Shown here one piece after another: positions 60,687 to 64,000 of a DNA stretch of 64,000 nt. Every line of letters begins with the position of its first letter. Position 1 is the stretch's first letter. The position numbers were made by a program, and so were the translations under genes. The stretch covers positions 613,082 through 677,081 of the forward strand of contig NW_015177030.1 of NCBI RefSeq assembly GCF_001447785.1. The letters run 5' to 3'. The DNA comes from Gekko japonicus. Taxonomy: Eukaryota. Below the pieces are notes generated by a model, which had not been told where the DNA came from, ran no database searches, and worked only from the letters and a program-made list of their open reading frames with translations.

Positions 60687-63219
60687 AGAAAAGAAAAAGG
60701 TTTCAGTTTTGGTTTTGCATGTGGGTGGGTATTCTGTTTGTAACAATTGTTTGGATACACTGTATTTTTAATATACTAGTTGTGATAATTTCATGCCAAG
60801 TAAAAATGTCCATAGTCATATTTTATGTTCCTAAAGTAACAGAATGACTTTCAATCTAGAAAAGACAAAAGAAATGCTAATGTAGCTTTTTTTTCAAATT
60901 TTTCTGAAAATTTCCGTTTTTTCCCAAGTTTCAAAATTTCCGGAAATTTTACATGTCTATTCCTACCCATCATAAAAACCTTCTGGGTGCGGGGGAGAGT
61001 GGCAGCGAGTTGAGCCCTATTCACAGGGAGCCACTGCAGCCCGGACAGATCTTGGCAGGGCAGGAACGGTGGGTCTGTCCCCACGGCGCACGCAGCCGTA
61101 GCCTGGGCGCCCGTTAAGTACCATGGGCATGAAGGGGGAAATGAATGCCCTAGTACGGGACCAGTTCTGTGATCCTGAATGTGTGGCTGGGAATGATGTA
61201 GGTTTTAAAATGGATGAGCTCAAGAGGGCCCCAAAGCCCCTGTTGTTGGATGTCACTCTGTTGCAGTAGGAGCAGAGCCGCTCCAGAGGCCGGTTTCAGA
61301 CACCATGCGTCGTCCTGGGCATTCTGAAAGGGGGACCCTGGACAGTTTAATTGGTGTGGGGGGGCAGCACATCACACACACACAGAGTCTGTGTGTGTCC
61401 CCTGGCTCAGGTGGCGTTGCTGCTCCTAAGGCAGGCCTCGATCTCCAGACCCCGGCTGAGTGGGAGAGGGCTGCCCAAGAGAAGCGGCCGTCCCGGTGCT
61501 GCCCTTGTGACCGTGCGTCTCGCCGGCTCCCCTCGGGCTCTTGCATCAGGCCAGCTGGGAGAACAGACGTGCTTCTGAGAAGCCGAACGCCGTCCTCTCT
61601 GGATCATATGGCCGGCAAAAGGTTTACCCGGCCCGGCAGGCGGGGCACACACACAGTCGGGCTCTGTCTCCCCGAAGGGTCACATGGGCCGGCGGTCCGG
61701 TCACCAGGGAGGGGAGCCTGGCTCTGTCCTGCCATCTGCCAGGCTGCTGAGTCCTCCCCCCCCCTCCCCGAAAAGATTGCCCTTCGTTCCTCTGCTTGTG
61801 GGTGGGGAGCGGAACAGCTGGAGCCGCACGTGGAACAGCTGGAGTTGCACTGGGGGCACCTTGCCGAGGCCCTGCGCCTGGCACCATCACACAGCGCCTG
61901 GCACGATGTCGTCTCCACACTCCCTCCCCAGGCGTCTCTTGTGTTTCTTGATGGCTTCCCAGCCTTTGGCTGCTGCCCGTGGAGGCTCCAGCTTCCTGGC
62001 TTGCATCTGCCGGCCAACTGCTGCGGGCCGCATTCCGGCCTCTGCTGGATCACAGTGGCATCGCGGTAGTATGGGGGGCCACCGCAGATGGGAAGGCCAC
62101 GTGGGAACGATTCCTGCGTGCAGGAGAAAGGACGGTCCGGCTCCCCTGTCTTGCACTCCCTGGCTCTGGCTGTGGGGCAGGGCCAGCTGGTCTCTTCTCC
62201 TTCTCCTCCTCCTCCCCCTCCGCCCCCCAGGAGGGTCTTTGGAACACTTTGCCTCCGTCTCCCGCCTGCTCCCATCTCCTGTTCCTCCTTCAGGGCCCAG
62301 TTTGAAGTCCCCTGCCAAGCCTGGCCTCTGGACATTCCAGCTGTCTGGTCCTGAGGTTCCTGTAGGGCTGGCGTTCAGGAAGCCTTCGGGTGGGGTCGGT
62401 GTCCGTGTTCCTCCATTTAACCAGACCTCCAGGGGCACAGTCTGGTGGGTGGGAGACTCTCCGGCCCAAGCCCCCCTGAAGTAACCAGGCACCGTGCAAG
62501 AGACCCCGTTGGGTCGTGGGCCCGTGTTGATTGGTGTGTGCGTGCGCAGGGGTGGGGATGCCGCCCCCATGGGTTTTCCTCCCGAGGCAAGGAGCATTGC
62601 GAAAACGTTGCCCCCGTCCTGAAAGGAGCAAGAAAAGGAAACCTGAACAGGAATCCGGCAGCACCGGGTTTAAGCTTTCCTTAGTCAGACCTGATTTCGT
62701 CTGACGCCTGTGGCGTGGGAGGTCTTTTGACTGGACGTCTTTATAACCAGAATCACAGGGGGGGGGGGGGTGGAGGGAGAGGGGGGAGGGGGGGAGGGGG
62801 GGGTGGGTGGGGGGGGTCCCTCTGCAAGGGACTGGGGGACATGGGTGGTTGTTAGGCTCAATGAACGTGGAGGGAGGGCAGAGGTCCCAGCCCCTCCCTC
62901 CCTCCCTCCCTCCCTCTCTCTCTCTCTCAGGGTGCAGGCCGACAGAGTGTCATCAGGCAGGATCAGCAGGTTCTCATCAAGGAAGAGGTCATATGAAATA
63001 TGGGGGTGGGGGGGCACACGCAACATTTGTACAGGTTTAGCCATGTCAGTCTGCATTAGAACGGCAGAAGAGCAGGATCTGAGTTCAGTTGCACCTTGGG
63101 GGGGGGGCAGGAGCTTCCGAGAGTCAAGCCCCCCCCACACATACACACAGATTTTTTATCCTGTCAAGTTCCAGCCAATTCACGGTTGACCCTGCAGGGT
63201 TTTCGAGGCATTTATTTCT

Positions 63220-63660
63220 TTATTGTTTTATTTCGTTGAATTGATATTCCGCCCTCCCTGCCTGGACAGGTTAAAATACAACACAATAAAACATAGATGC
63301 CTTTAAGCAATGCAATAGTATAAAATCAGACAATCAGTCAAATTTATATGTAAAGTGCTGTTGCCTGTAGATGGCGACCGCGTCTTATAAGGCCATTTTA
63401 TGATGGTACTATGTGGCCATACCGGTATCATTAGCTGTTCTCATTACTGTTAACACAGGGCCTTAAACAATACAGTTGTTGGCAATTCAGATGTTGTCGA
63501 TATATTAGTGGCGGCTCCTAATCAAAGGCCTGGCGGAAGAGCTCCGTTTTATAGGCCCTGTGGAACTGTAGGAGGTCCCTTAGGGCCCTGATGTCTTCCG
63601 GGAGCTCATTCCGCGAGTGTGGAGCCGCCACTGAGAAGGCCGTAGCCCTGGTCGATGTAT
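63220..63660 (-). mobile_element. L2 3' end
   Basis: AAAGGCCTGGCGGAAGAGCTCCGTTTT..GAGCTCATTCC..GCCACTGAGAAGGCC, the reverse complement of an L2-type C-terminus. Confidence 0.6.
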
Positions 63661-63667
63661 GAGACGG

Positions 63668-63815
63668 TCAGAGGTGGTTTGCCATTGCCTAACTCTGCGT
63701 AGTGACCGTGGACTTCCTTGGTGGTTTCCCATCCGAATACTAACCAGGGCCGAGCCTGCCTAGCTTCTGAGATCTAACGAGATAAGCCCGGCCTGCCCCA
63801 TCCAGGTCAGGGCTC
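63668..63815 (-). mobile_element. 5S rRNA-derived SINE (5S-Sauria-like)
   Basis: Reverse complement GATCTCAGAAGCTAGGCAGG.TCGGCCCTGGTTAGTATTCGGATGGGAAACCACC matches the 5S box A/C region, then GCAATGGCAAACCACCTC. Confidence 0.75.
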
Positions 63816-64000
63816 TGTGAACGATAGAAGTAGACAGGAGGAGAGGGGTTGCTGAATTTCTTCTGTGAGTTCTGATTCGGCACATTCGTGTTAGATTCGC
63901 CCTTCGAAGTTTTGGGGTAGGTTAACAGTGACAGATCTGCAGCAGCACGTGCAGGGAAATTAAAGTGTTCTCCCGCTGGTTTCTGAATCCTTTGGTGTTT

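Noticed and set aside
61305-62597. Cluster of 230-270-aa overlapping ORFs late in the LRCH4 intron
   Set aside because: Low-complexity G/P/A/R-rich translations on both strands; no LRR or other motif; expected in GC-rich DNA.
63720-63800. Possible 5S rRNA gene
   Set aside because: Diverged, lacks 5S termini and is followed by a SINE body; it is a 5S-derived SINE.
1-64000. CRISPR arrays, operons or other prokaryotic systems
   Set aside because: Intron-containing vertebrate DNA; recurring sequences are dispersed SINEs and MITEs, not regularly spaced repeats.

Overview
GC-rich vertebrate genomic DNA from a squamate reptile, most likely a gecko (Squam3C-like SINEs, Sauria SINE, BovB and Vingi repeats), in a short-read assembly with five N gaps. 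It corresponds to the human 7q22 LRCH4-FBXO24-PCOLCE block. Genes: (1) PCOLCE on +, 9 coding exons, start codon hidden in a gap; (2) an intact single-exon PAQR9-like 7TM gene on + (11743-12843); (3) FBXO24 on -, 10 coding exons, about 590 aa; (4) LRCH4 exon 1 on +, head-to-head with FBXO24 across a promoter with 11 same-strand CCAAT boxes. The rest of the window (>31 kb) is LRCH4 intron 1, rich in transposons. Best leads: the PAQR9-like gene looks like a distinct PAQR9 paralogue (ohnologue) that I do not recall at this locus in mammals; PCOLCE is inverted relative to FBXO24 compared with human; a candidate alternative two-exon N-terminus and internal promoter lie in LRCH4 intron 1; Penelope-derived hammerhead ribozyme fossils and inverted repeats are present. 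Gene and repeat names rest on recalled sequences and motifs; no database search was run.
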